Origin: Octopus bimaculoides
Taxonomy: Eukaryota
Reading direction: 5' to 3'
Length of the DNA stretch: 38,023 nt
Assembly: GCF_001194135.2 (NCBI RefSeq)
Contig: NC_068999.1
Coordinates: 10,120,432 to 10,158,454, forward strand
Position numbers and translations under genes: made by a program. The stretch's first letter is position 1; each line of letters opens with the position of its first letter. A model generated the notes under the pieces. It saw only the letters and a program-made list of their open reading frames with translations. It searched no databases and was not told where the DNA came from. Positions 1 through 11,794 of this stretch are shown in pieces.

Positions 1-12
1 TATATATATATA

Positions 13-1060
13 AGAAAATTAGATAGGGAAATTTCGTAAAAGAACTAAATTAAAATGGACGAAGTGAAAAAAATAAATTAGAAAAGTGAGCGGAGAAAAG
101 GTAATAAATAGTACTGAATTAAAATAAGAAAGACGTAAATTTTCAAAGATAGTCAGAAGGAAAGATGAACAGAAAGCATGAACGAGAGGGTAGGTGGAAG
201 AAAGTTAAATAACGTTTACAAAAATTTAAATGAAGCAGACACGATCCAAAGAAAATAAAATAAAATTAAGATGTATGGAAGGCAGAAGGAACCATAAAAA
301 GAAGAAATCAAAGGGAGAGAAACAATGTAAGGCAAGAAAGAAGAGAGGAAGAAAAATCACAGAAATAAAGTTTATAAAAGTGGAGTTTGGGAATAAAAAG
401 GAAGAAATAAAGGGGGAAGGAGGGAAGTAAAAATGGCAGTAAAAAAAAAAGAGGGAAGAAAAAAGCGGGAAAGGAGGGAAGTAAAGAAGAAAGGAATGGT
501 TTTGGTGAAAATAATTAATAGTGGAAAATAGCGATGAAGAATATCTTAAAGATATCAGAGAAATGATGAAATGAAGAAAAAGCTGGAAGTAAAGACAGAT
601 CTAAAGATAGGTGGGTGGAAAGAAATAAGAAATGAAGGAAAAAAGAAAGAAAACGTATATTTAAAAAAAAGGGGAATTCAAGCAAAAACAAAAAAAATGT
701 TTGGAGAAAAGAGAAGTTTAAAAAGTATGGACTAGAGAAAAGGTAAGACAAAGGTAGGAAGAAAGAAGAATAGGAAGAAAGTAAACGAATAAAAGACAAC
801 GAAACTGAAAGAAAGAAAGAAATGTTGAGAAAGTAAGGATAAATGAAAGAAAGTAGAAGGAAGAATGGAAAAATGATAAGGGTAATGTTGAATGAAAGAA
901 AGAAAGAATGAAAGGAAAGAAAGAATAAAAGGAAGGAAGGAAAGAAAAAACTTGTAAGAGAAAAAGAATGAAAGAAAGAACACAGCAAAGTAGAGGAAGA
1001 GAGGAAGGAAACAAGGGAAAATAACGAAATATAAAACGGAATAATTGAAGCAAATGTAAA
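13..1060. repeat. Purine-rich (GA/GAA/AAAG) low-complexity tract
   Basis: + strand is almost entirely A/G; overlapping ORFs are F/L/S- or K/R/E-biased artefacts. Confidence 0.85.
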
Positions 1061-1063
1061 TTA

Positions 1064-1116
1064 GGTGCTCCAGCATGGCCTCAGTCAAATGACTGAAACA
1101 AGTAAAAGAATAAAAG
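1064..1116 (+). mobile_element. SINE family B 3' tail fragment
   Basis: ggtgctccagcatggcctcagtcaaatgactgaaacaagtaaaaga matches the reverse complement of tails at 24755-24800 and 29895-29945. Confidence 0.85.
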
Positions 1117-1154
1117 GATAAGAGAAATGGAAGATTAAAAGAACGAAATAAAGT

Positions 1155-1336
1155 TTTGAAATTTTGGCACAAGGCCAGCATTTTCAGGGTGTGGGATATG
1201 TCGATTACTTATTTTATTCATCCCAAAATGATGAAAAGCAAAATGGAACTCGACGGATTTGAACTTAGCACGTAAGGGTGGAGGAAATGCTGCAAAACAT
1301 TTTGCCCGGCGTGCTAACGACTCTACCAGCTTCGCC
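1155..1336 (-). mobile_element. tRNA-derived SINE family A, internally deleted
   Basis: Reverse complement has the ggcgaagctggtagagtcgttagcacgccgggc head, a gttcaaatcc B-box-like motif and the ctggccttgtgccaaaatttcaaa tail shared with other copies. Confidence 0.85.
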
Positions 1337-1339
1337 AAG

Positions 1340-1700
1340 TGAAAAAAAAACCCCAAAAAAAACGGGTGAAATAAAACGGTAAAGAAAGAATTAAAGAATA
1401 GAAAAAGAAGAAGAAAGTTTATAAAGAACAAATTGAAATAATGAAATGCGAAGAAATATAAAGGAAGGAAAATGGGGAAAATAAACAACGAAATAAATTT
1501 GAAAAAGAAGCAAACAAATGCAGCTGGAATGGTAAAAGTCGAAATAGTTCAGAACGAGTTATAGAAAGACGTAAACTAAACTAGGTGAAAGACCCATAAA
1601 GGAATGAAAAAGAAACGAAATGTTTCTTGAAATAGAGAATAATAATAAAAACTAAATCAACAAGAAACAAAGAACTGGAAAAAATGCCTTGAATTTTTCG
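1340..1700. repeat. Purine-rich low-complexity tract
   Basis: A/G-dominated + strand. Confidence 0.75.
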
Positions 1701-1765
1701 ATTTGTCTGGTCAGATTCCAACTAAGTTACTTCGGTTTGCAATTTCAAACAATTAATTGATATAC

Positions 1766-2070
1766 TTAAATCCTTCGTTTTCTGCTGAATAACTTTTTAT
1801 TGTCATCATCCATTGGATATGGTAGCAAAAGTATTGCCGTAAATAAATGCACAAACTCGTGGGATTGTTTTCTTAGTTGTGACGGCGTCATCTCAGTTTG
1901 ACGCAGAGGGTGGCAATCCAGGAATCGAACGACGACCTGCGCGAAAAGGAATCCACCCTTCTCTGCGTAACGGGCGGCATCTCTCACGTTTACAGGAGAA
2001 GTGGTATGTTTCGCTCTGGAGAATGTGTCACAATTGGTTGGCAACTCAGATCAGCGCTTTTCTCTATCTC
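1766..2070 (-). CDS. Candidate exon, product unknown (strand ambiguous)
   Basis: Unique CpG-rich island; strong minus acceptor (T)9ccattccag ending at 2071; 92-aa minus ORF 1766-2044; an alternative + exon 1877/1897-2003 ends in gtg|gtatgt. No family recognised. Confidence 0.25.
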
Positions 2071-2596
2071 CTGGAATGGAAAAAAAAAATATTAACTCGT
2101 CGGAGCGATTTCTGTCAACATGGTCGAAACTGAGAGGAGGTAGCGTCGACTTTTCTTGTAACAATATTATTCTTAGATATGCTTATACATATTTTGCTCA
2201 AAACGCAACAAGCAGCCCGAAATATTTGAATCAAGATACGATTTTAAAAAATTCTTTTTTTGCTGTCTATACTTATATCTCCAATACTGTCATGTAGCAT
2301 GCGATCTTATATTATGCCGAAAGTTAAACAAAGGTGTGTTAATTTTTGTTTGGTAGCAGTGCGAAATATTTTGGAGTATTTGAACTATTAATTTGAATAT
2401 GTAATAGACACAACTAAATAATCTATCTTATAGCTTAGCTCTTCTATATTCCATCTCCTCACTAGTTTGTGTATGGTTTCGGCTAAGTGTTTCATCTGTT
2501 GTAAATGTTATCAGCTGCGGCAATCTTCCACTCATCCGACATATTTTAAAACTCTTGCAACATTGTCGAAGTGGTTATTATATTCGCTAGCAATAA

Positions 2597-3023
2597 GGCG
2601 GCGAGCTGGCAGAAACGTTAGCACACCAGGCGAAACGCATAGCGGTATTTCGTTTGTCTTTAGTTCTGAGTTCAAATTCCGCCGAAGTCGACTTTGCCTT
2701 TCACCCTTTCGGGGTCGATAAATTAAGTACCAGTTACGCACTGGGGTCGATATAATCGGCTTAATCTCTTTGTCTGTCCTTGTTTGTGTCCTCTATGTTT
2801 AGCCTCTTGTGGGCAGTAAAGAAATAAGAAATGTTAGCACGCTGGGCGAAACTCTTAACGCATTTCGTCTGTCTTAAATGTTCTGAGCTCAAATTCCGCC
2901 GAGGTTGACTTTGCCTTTCATCCTTTCGGGGTCGATAAATTAAGTACCAGTTACGCACTGGGGTAAATCTAATCGACTGGCCCCTCCCCAAACATTTTGG
3001 GCCTTGTGCCTAGAGTAGAAAAA
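2597..3023 (+). mobile_element. Dimeric tRNA-derived SINE family A (monomers 2597-2828 and 2829-3023) with 18-bp TSD
   Basis: Both monomers carry gactttgcctttca(c/t)cctttcggggtcgataaattaagtaccagttacgcactgggg; flanks are tatattcgctagcaataa (2579-2596) and tatattcgcttgcaataa (3024-3041). Confidence 0.93.
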
Positions 3024-3359
3024 TATATTCGCTTGCAATAAAAAAAAAAGTACATAACGTTTGCATATGGAGTACAGAGGATTGTTGGACGCGTCTAACA
3101 TACTTAATTTTTGAAAAGAGAAATATTTGCAATAATTGAAAGGCAATGAATAGTTCCAGTTCCGCTTAATGTAGCATGGTGCCTTGTTCATATTTCAGTG
3201 TATTGGCTTTTTAAGATGAATTGTTTTAACAGATATATTCATTATACAGTAAAGCATCTGTTGTTTACACACGAACTGGTGATGTGTAGACTAGCAACTC
3301 TCTACTCTATCAACTGGGTAACCAATTTTATGGCACTCAGAATTCGGAAGATAAATGCT

Positions 3360-3770
3360 GAATGATAGAAATAAAAGGAAGAACGAAATTAAAAAAAAAA
3401 ACAAAAAAAAACAGTGAAATGAATATAGGATGATATGAGAAAAGGAAAAATGAAAGTGAAACTAAAGGAGAAGGAACGAAGTTATGAAAGATGGAATCAA
3501 TGAAGTAAAAACCGAAAGAGGAAATACAGAAACAAGGAAAGGATGGAAGAATTATAAAATAAAAATGTACAAAAGAAGAAAAATATAAAAGAATTTTTTT
3601 TTTTTAAATCAACAGAATTATGTAGAAAGAATGGGGGGAAATGTGAATGAGAAAAAATTATTGATTGAAAGAAGGGAAGAAAGAATGACTAAATAATATA
3701 ACCAGAGGGTATGTGAGAAGGAATGAGTGACAGGGGAATAAGAGCTGAAAATGGAGAGAGGTTAGCGAAT
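3360..3770. repeat. Purine-rich low-complexity tract
   Basis: A/G-dominated + strand. Confidence 0.7.
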
Positions 3771-3893
3771 AAATTTGGCAGTTCACCACCAAAACCAATA
3801 CCACCTGTCACAGCTAGTGGCTATCCCTACACCACACCTTTACAACTACAGCAGCAATGCTACTGTAACTATTACGAATACAACAAATATTGA

Positions 3894-4062
3894 TTTCAAA
3901 TTTTGGCACAAGGCCAGAATTTTCGGGGGAGGGTGTAAGTCGATTACATCGACTCCAGTACTCCACTGGTACTTATTTTATTGACCTCGAAAGAATGAAA
4001 AGCAAACGCGAAGTCCACCTAGTTGGAATTTGAACTCAAAACCTAAAGGCGACGAACTAATA
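3894..4062 (-). mobile_element. SINE family A, 5'-decayed
   Basis: tttggcacaaggccag...gtcgattacatcgac...ctggtacttattt...aatttgaactc is the reverse complement of the family A body and tail. Confidence 0.85.
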
Positions 4063-4079
4063 GTACCACCATCTTCGTT

Positions 4080-4326
4080 AGAACTACAACCGATACTACA
4101 ATCTGTACTTTTGTCATGGTTGTCATCACCACCACCACCACCACTGCCACTACCATTATTACCATCAACTTACCACCATCACTGGCTCCACCACCACAAA
4201 TTATGAACATAAACTTCACACACATCAACACTTCCTTTATAAAACTCTCCCCGTCAGCATCACCACCATCACCACACATACACCAGCTCCATCACCACCA
4301 CCACCACCACCACCGCCAACACCACC

Positions 4327-4358
<32 letters not shown>

Positions 4359-4920
4359 CAGCAACAACAACACCATCATCATAATNNNNNNNNNNNNNNN
4401 NNNNNNNNNNNNNNNNNNNNNNNNNNNNNNNNNNNNNNNNNNNNNNNNNNNNNNNNNNNNNNNNNNNNNNNNNNNNNNNNNNNNNNNNNNNNNNNNNNNN
4501 NNNNNNNNNNNNNNNNNNNNNNNNNNNNNNNNNNNNNNNNNNNNNNNNNNNNNNNNNNNNNNNNNNNNNNNNNNNNNNNNNNNGTTGACGTCGTCATCAT
4601 AATCATCATCACTACTGTCATCATCACTTCTACCTAATTCCACCACTGCCAGAGTCACCAGTGTTACGACCGCCGCCACCACTTCCACCATCACCACACC
4701 ACCTCCACCACCACCACCACCAACACTACTCTCAAAAACATTACCATTCTACAACAAACGCCACCAGCAACGCCACCATCATCACAAAACGTCACCAACA
4801 CTTACTACCAACGCTACCTCCACCTTTACCACCACATAACCACCACTATACAACCACCACCACCACCACCACCACCACCACCATCACTGTCATCATATAG
4901 CCACCGTCATATCACCTTAC
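4080..4920. repeat. Degenerate (CAC/CAA/CAT)n trinucleotide array interrupted by a gap
   Basis: Direct inspection; N-gap 4386-4583. Confidence 0.9.
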
Positions 4921-5576
4921 ACCCTTACACACTACGGCAGGAATACAGNNNNNNNNNNNNNNNNNNNNNNNNNNNNNNNNNNNNNNNNNNNNNNNNNNNN
5001 NNNNNNNNNNNNNNNNNNNNNNNNNNNNNNNNNNNNNNNNNNNNNNNNNNNNNNNNNNNNNNNNNNNNNNNNNNNNNNNNNNNNNNNNNNNNNNNNNNNN
5101 NNNNNNNNNNNNNNNNNNNNNNNNNNNNNNNNNNNNNNNNNNNNNNNNNNNNNNNNNNNNNNNNNNNNNNNNNNNNNNNNNNNNNNNNNNNNNNNNNNNN
5201 NNNNNNNNNNNNNNNNNNNNNNNNNNNNNNNNNNNNNNNNNNNNNNNNNNNNNNNNNNNNNNNNNNNNNNNNNNNNNNNNNNNNNNNNNNNNNNNNNNNN
5301 NNNNNNNNNNNNNNNNNNNNNNNNNNNNNNNNNNNNNNNNNNNNNNNNNNNNNNNNNNNNNNNNNNNNNNNNNNNNNNNNNNNNNNNNNNNNNNNNNNNN
5401 NNNNNNNNNNNNNNNNNNNNNNNNNNNNNNNNNNNNNNNNNNNNNNNNNNNNNNNNNNNNNNNNNNNNNNNNNNNNNNNNNNNNNNNNNNNNNNNNNNNN
5501 NNNNNNNNNNNNNNNNNNNNNNNNNNNNNNNNNNNNNNNNNNNNNNNNNNNNNNNNNNNNNNNNNNNNNNNNNNNN

Positions 5577-5905
5577 GATTACCAGACCGGGCGTTGTGAG
5601 TGTTTATTGAGCGAAAACACCTAAAAGCTCCACGAGGCTCCGGCAGGGGATGGTGGCGAACCCTGCTGTACTCTTTTACCACAACTTTCTCTCACTCTTA
5701 GTTCCTGTTTCTGTTGTGCCTGTAATTCAAAGGGTCAGCCTTGTCACACTGTCACGCTGAATATCACCGAGAACTACGTTAAGGGCACACGTGTCTGTGG
5801 AGTGCTCAGCCACTTGCACGTTAATTTCACGAGCAGGCTGTTCCGTTGATCTGATCAACTGGAACCCTCCACGTCGTAAGCGACGGAGTGCCAACAACAA
5901 CAACA
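5577..5905 (+). mobile_element. tRNA-derived SINE family C; head lost in gap; (CAA)n tail
   Basis: Closely matches the reverse complement of 13155-13480; ends gacggagtgcc(aac)n. Confidence 0.92.
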
Positions 5906-5927
5906 GGGGTCAATGAATGAATAAATA

Positions 5928-5967
5928 AATACAATAGAATACAATACAATACAATACAATACAATAC
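5928..5967. repeat. (AATAC)n pentanucleotide microsatellite
   Basis: About 8 units with one variant. Confidence 0.9.
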
Positions 5968-6019
5968 CAGTCAGCCCTGACGATTGATGGTATCGAGGCA
6001 TCTACTAAAAGCTCTTAGT

Positions 6020-6095
6020 ATTGGATGGCCTTGCAGTAATTTTCCGTCTCCTTACGTTTCGTGTTTAAGTGGCGCCGATGTCGAGTTTCCTTTTT
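6020..6095 (+). mobile_element. Highly degenerate SINE family A fragment
   Basis: ccgtctccttacgtttcgtgtttaagtggcgccgatgtcgagtttcc aligns with gtctgtcttaaatgttctgagctcaaattccgccgaggttgactttgcc. Confidence 0.5.
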
Positions 6096-6115
6096 AAACT
6101 TATCAGGTTAATTTT

Positions 6116-6266
6116 GGCTGTGCGGCAAGAAGCTTGCTTTCCAACCATATGATTCCGGGTTCAATCCCACTACGTAGCATCTTGAGCAAGTGTTTTCTAC
6201 TATAGCCTCTAGACGACAAAAGCCTTGTGAAAGGATTTGCTAGACGGAAACTGAAAGAAACTCGTC

Positions 6267-6302
<36 letters not shown>

Positions 6303-6400
6303 AGACACACCTTCGTATGTGTGTATGTGTGTGTTGGTGTGTGTGAATGTGTGTGTGACCACCACTACTTGACAACAGTTGTTCGCAATTTTACGTTTCC
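6116..6400 (+). mobile_element. tRNA-derived SINE family B (CORE-like central domain) with internal (TA)n/(GT)n
   Basis: ggctgtgcggcaagaagcttgc...ccgggttcaatccc (A/B boxes), catcttgagcaagtg CORE-like segment, gacggaaactgaaagaa followed by microsatellite. Confidence 0.88.
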
Positions 6401-6548
6401 AAAACATTCTGAGTTCAAATATCAACTAGGCAGGTTTTGCTTTCATCGTTTCGGGACCGACAAAACAAATACCAGCTGAATACTGGGATCCATGTAATCG
6501 ACTTCACCACCCCCTCAAATTTACTGGCCTTGTTCCAAAAAATAAAAA
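6400..6548 (+). mobile_element. SINE family A body and tail fused behind the family B copy
   Basis: ttctgagttcaaat...ttttgctttcatcgtttcgggaccga...actgggatccatgtaatcgact...actggccttgttccaaaa. Confidence 0.8.
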
Positions 6549-7284
6549 GAATTACTTCGTGTGGTCTGAGAAATTCATTAAGTGATAGGTTTCCTTGGAG
6601 AAAGAATTATTTACTACCAGGAAATAGCAAATACTTCCACTGTATAAATGTATTCAAGGTTAAAAACAAACACGTCCAGAGTTCACAAACACTGCATGGG
6701 ATTGCCCTAATGATGTTTACAGGTCCTAACATTGCTATTTTCTGGAACAGGCACAAGATTACTCTTATAAGCAATTTATTAATGCTGCTAACAGAAATGA
6801 CTGTCTATCTTTCTAGTTATACCAATTATGAATGTACACATTCCTTAACTGTCACGGTGTTTTTGGCTCAAGAGCTAGCTTAATGTAACTCGTTAGAATT
6901 TCACGTCGTTTTTACCCTATATTAAAACCATCTGGTATTGCTATGTTGATAATTAATGATACCCTATTGTCATATCTGTAATGGCGAATGATGCTATATC
7001 TGTAATGAACCAATGTTGCATTATTTGATTGACTGTATGTTAAATTCCCGTACCATTATCACGTTGTTATTCTCTACACTAGACGGGAGTTCATACGTAC
7101 GATTCCTGAAGAGCATTTTCTTTAGTTAGTTAAAACTTCGTGCTGGATCTTTGTTGAGTAGCTTGACTACGTTGTTGTGTTTCCAAGCACATAGTTTCGG
7201 AATTAGTATGACATCGTGACACAGCGTGGTATATTATCTCAAAAAATACTCCCCACAGCTGACATTTGCCATTTATATTAGTTT

Positions 7285-7476
7285 CTTTTTTTGGCACAAG
7301 GCCAGCAATTCTGAGGTGCGGGTAAATCGATTGCATCGACTCCAGTTCTCACCGGTACTTATTTTATGGACCCCAAAAGGATGAAATGGAAAGTCAACCT
7401 CGGTAGAATTTGAGCTCAGGACGTAAAAACCGCTCCACGTTTTACCCAGCAGGCTACCGATTCTGCCAGCTTACCC
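7285..7476 (-). mobile_element. SINE family A, near full length
   Basis: Reverse complement has the gggtaagctggcagaatcggtagc head, core and gctggccttgtgccaaaa tail. Confidence 0.88.
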
Positions 7477-8064
7477 TTTGTTTGTCACCTATACCGTTAC
7501 TCTAGATGCTAAGGTTATTCTTTGCAAGTATCTAGTATTCAAAAGTGTGTATTTGTATTGAAAATAGGTTTAATTTTGCTACCTCATCAGACTGTATTTG
7601 CTATTCAGTCAGAGTCTTTTTATTAATACACTGGGCCTCAATTAAGTGAAAATATTGGCCAGAAAAAGGCGTGTCTTTACGGTTGTCCACCATGGCTCAC
7701 AACAGCAAAAACAAACATCAGTGTGATCTTCTGATGATGCTCTACATTCAAAATAATGCGATGTTTGACTTACAATAAAAAAAAACATGAGTTCGTTTCC
7801 TGGGCAGGACGCTACATCTTGAACATGGCTCTGAATTTTACTTTTACGTTACTCGATTCTACACAGTAGGTGACAGCGAGTGCAACCTTCTCTATCTGGC
7901 TCTCAAATCCTCGATGTTCCGCTGTTTCAAAGATGGGGAAGCCGATGGGTGTTTATGACTTCGTGCGAATACAAAAGCAGTTGAGAGAATTATCGAAAGC
8001 ATGGTACTCGCTATCAAGTTTAGTCAAAAGAAATGAACTCAGTACTTTTGTTTTTTAATTTGGC

Positions 8065-8365
8065 ATATATTTTATCGGTCTGTATTGCTGAACCTCTAGG
8101 TTACAAGGATGTAAACTCACCAAACTGATTGTCAAGCGGTAGGATGGTGGATGCAAATCCAAACACCAAGGCACACAAACACACACACACAAACACCAAC
8201 AAACCCATATATATAATGAGATTCTACATAGTTTCCGTATACCAGATTCACTCACAAAGAATTGGTCACTCCAAGGCTCTAGTAGAAGACACTTGCCCAG
8301 TGTAATGTGCAGTGGGAGTGAACCTAAAATCACATGGTTGCAAGGCGAACTTCTCCCCCGTGCGA
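8065..8365 (-). mobile_element. SINE family B, decayed
   Basis: gaagacacttgccc...cagtgggagtgaacc head, tttccgtataccagattcactcacaaag body and atcggtctgtattgctgaacc tail on the reverse strand. Confidence 0.8.
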
Positions 8366-8663
8366 GCGCCTGAAATTGTATAAGTTTATCACATATGTTC
8401 TTATTCGCTGAATCTTTATAGGAGACATCGATACGTAACTGTCTGGGAATCGATTGAAGAATTCATACGCAGTGTTCTCTTGTGCTGCTAAACAATATGT
8501 AAATTTTCTGTTACATATTTTCTTCAATGCACCGTTCTTTGGTAGGTGAGATGCTTTTTGTTACTACTACCTTATGGATTGTTGGTGAGTAGAAGGGAAA
8601 GTAGGTTATCTATGTGATCGCTTACATTTTGGAGTATTTTCCGTGCAATAAGATGCCAGATAT

Positions 8664-8699
8664 GTCTAACGTTTCGGGCTTGTGTCCTTCATCAAGGAA
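8664..8699 (-). ncRNA. Degenerate minimal type I hammerhead-like motif (Penelope-type)
   Basis: Reverse complement ttcc-TTGATGA-A-GGAC-acaa-GCCC-GAAA-CG-TT-agac; C3 changed, one stem II mismatch, stem I poorly paired. Confidence 0.45.
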
Positions 8700-8905
8700 A
8701 ACACATTAGAAAGAAGAACGTTCGTAATTTCTTTACTGGAACCCTGCATAAAGTTTTTACTACAATATCACATGGAAATGTTTTGGAATAGACGTTGATG
8801 ATAATGTGGGTAGTATTTTCTTATTAATAAAGCACAGTTCACATGTTCTCTCAAAACATGATGGCTTGGTGATATTCTTTTATTAATCAAGTATTCAGAA
8901 CGAAG

Positions 8906-8975
8906 TGAAGACGCGTGGCATTGTGTCAAAGTGTTCGGTTCAAAATTTTAAAGTGGTGACTTTAATTCCTAGACA
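8906..8975 (+). mobile_element. Degenerate tRNA-like SINE head
   Basis: gtgaagacgcgtggcattgtgtcaaagtgttcgg...gactttaattcc resembles decayed A and B boxes. Confidence 0.4.
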
Positions 8976-9254
8976 AGTTGGCGCGTATTTTCTCATGACC
9001 AAAGTAGTTAATTTCACGTTTGTCTGGTCTATTTACCTGTAACGAATATCAGCCAAAGTATAGACGAATCCGTTCTCTTTCAGCTATCACGTCTTCGATG
9101 CTCCGCTTGATATAGAGTGAGCAGGCCGAGAAGGTGTGTATATCTGTTCGTGATTATATGACTCACCCAGAGCAATTACCCGTACATACAAACAAACATT
9201 TACACTCACCCACTTATAGACACATATACAAACGCATACATACATGAATGTACA

Positions 9255-9410
9255 ATGAACTTCTTTCAGTCTCTGCAAACCAAATCCATTCACAAGTCTA
9301 CGTCAGGTCTAGAGTAATAAGAGACGACACTTGCATAAGATGCCGCGCAGTGGGACTGAACCCCAAACCATATATTGGCGAACAAAGTTTCTAAAGCATA
9401 CAGCCATACA
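9255..9410 (-). mobile_element. SINE family B head and body
   Basis: gacacttgcataagatgccgcgcagtgggactgaacc and ttctttcagtctctgcaaaccaaatccattcacaag. Confidence 0.82.
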
Positions 9411-9542
9411 TATACAGAAATACCGACATATAGAGATGCTTACATACAAAAATATGTATTTGTACACATGTGTGTGTGTTTGTGTGTGCGTGCGTGTATA
9501 TATATGCATATATATATACATATGTATATACATATATACATA

Positions 9543-9652
9543 GGAAGAATTCACAAAAAAAAAAAAACAAGATGAAAACAGGTGGTGTAGAAAACAAACA
9601 GATATATTAGTAAAACGCTCGGGAATTGAAAAAAGTCTTTAACGTTTCGAAT
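9543..9652 (-). mobile_element. Short Penelope-like repeat P1, copy 1 (only the 3' half of the hammerhead retained)
   Basis: acaggtggtgta...tattagt...acgctcggg...aaagtctttaacgtttcga shared with 16555-16700 and 25229-25372. Confidence 0.75.
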
Positions 9653-9654
9653 AC

Positions 9655-9709
9655 AAATATATATATATATATATATATATATGTGAGTGTATATATATAT
9701 ACATATGTG

Positions 9710-9747
<38 letters not shown>

Positions 9748-9751
9748 TATA
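9655..9751. repeat. (TA)n compound microsatellite
   Basis: Direct inspection. Confidence 0.95.
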
Positions 9752-10254
9752 TTAGCGCCTGTAAAAATTCCAAAAGTCGTGGAACAAAGACCACGTTAAA
9801 TATAATGTCAAACTTTCGGTATCTGAAACTCACCACCTCTTAAACGATGGCTATAAACAGCGCAAACAAAATAGTAAAGTCTACGGGGGACGTTTTACTT
9901 TCGAAATCATCCGCTTGATTTGTGCCAAAATGAAAAACACCGCTCGTAAAAGGAAACAAGTTAATACTTTACCAAAATATCAGATTGTAGCACTGTATGT
10001 AGGAAAAATCCAGTTTTCGATTGCTGGCTTCGTGAATCATCGGAACTCAAACTCTCTGAAGACATTAACCTTCAACTTACGCATCACCATGATTATGATT
10101 TGTATCATTAGATTCCCTCTGTCCTTTTCTCCAGCAAAAAAAACTGCACGTCTCTTGCTGGTCTTAAAAATATAATATTTGTTAAAGTTTGTGGACAGAA
10201 AAACTAAATCTAGAAAAAGGATGTCGTTCTGAAACAATGCTGAAGTGTACATCA

Positions 10255-10288
10255 TGTATGTATGTGTATACATATGTATGTATGTATG

Positions 10289-10322
<34 letters not shown>

Positions 10323-10348
10323 TGTATGAATATATATATGTATGTATG
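10255..10348. repeat. (TATG)n microsatellite
   Basis: Direct inspection. Confidence 0.95.
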
Positions 10349-10645
10349 CAAGGCGTTTCCATAATACTTCACCGTCATTATACTGAGAAGAGGCACAACG
10401 CAAGCCGGAATATAGACACACGCAGATGTAAATACGCATTTTAGCATATAAGCTTACTTTCTTGTATACATGCAAACACACATATGGTGTGTAAGTTCAT
10501 GCATATATATACATATTCAAAAACGTATAAGGACACATATATATATTTAGATATACACTAATGCCCATAAATCTTGCCGTTTATTTATCAACAGTTATTC
10601 TCTTCACGAGCCAGAATGAATATTTAGTGACTGTCAGAAATACGC

Positions 10646-11070
<425 letters not shown>

Positions 11071-11794
11071 ATTTAAGGACACATGCATAAATATGCTTTC
11101 CTGTATTTCTATGTACAAGTGTATGTATATACACTTGTACATATATTTATACGTCTCAGTATACGCGCGCGCGCGTGTTTGTGTGTGTGTGCGCCTTTAT
11201 ATATCTCTTTGCCTATGTGTAGCTATGTGTACGACAGTATGATATTGGCTTCCAGCTATAATACGATTAGAGATCTAATATTTCATACTAATATATGAAG
11301 CAGATGATAGATACATAAATGGGATTACATACGTTATATATTTGATACCATATGATGAATCCCAGAAACCATTTGGTCACGTTAGAATAACACTAAATAG
11401 ATTGAATGTAATACTGCAAACAAATGAAACAGCTGGTAGTTTAATTCTACTCCCGCTGCTTACAACAATGTCGATTTCTTCCTAAGCTGCAGCACGTATT
11501 AGAGTAAGACAGAATGGATCATTTGAAAGTTTATAATAAATATATATTCAATCCAGTTGTAATCTGGGACTACGTCTGCGTGAAAATTATTGTAATGTTA
11601 TCCAAAATTGTTCAGAAACAAGATAAAGTTGACAAAAACACAACAGGAATACACGATAATTAATTTTATGCTGTAAGGAGGAGCAGAGTTCATTAAGTCC
11701 TCCTTTTCAGAACGCTGTTCTTATTGTACAAGTACATCGTCTGCTCGTACATTTGGGAATATGAAGCAGTTATGCGCACGTATATTCATCCCGG

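Noticed and set aside
1840-1866. HEFVH (HExxH) metalloprotease-like motif in the minus ORF
   Set aside because: A five-residue motif without any surrounding peptidase signature
7128-7232. Minus-strand peptide KHNNVVKLLNKDPAR resembling kinase subdomain IV/XI words
   Set aside because: The two motifs are not adjacent in kinases; the frame is stop-bounded with no usable splice acceptor
10345-10382. Strong minus acceptor followed by YNDGEVLWKRLAY (reminiscent of a Cys-loop receptor strand)
   Set aside because: Runs into a (CATA)n array with no convincing donor; too short to support
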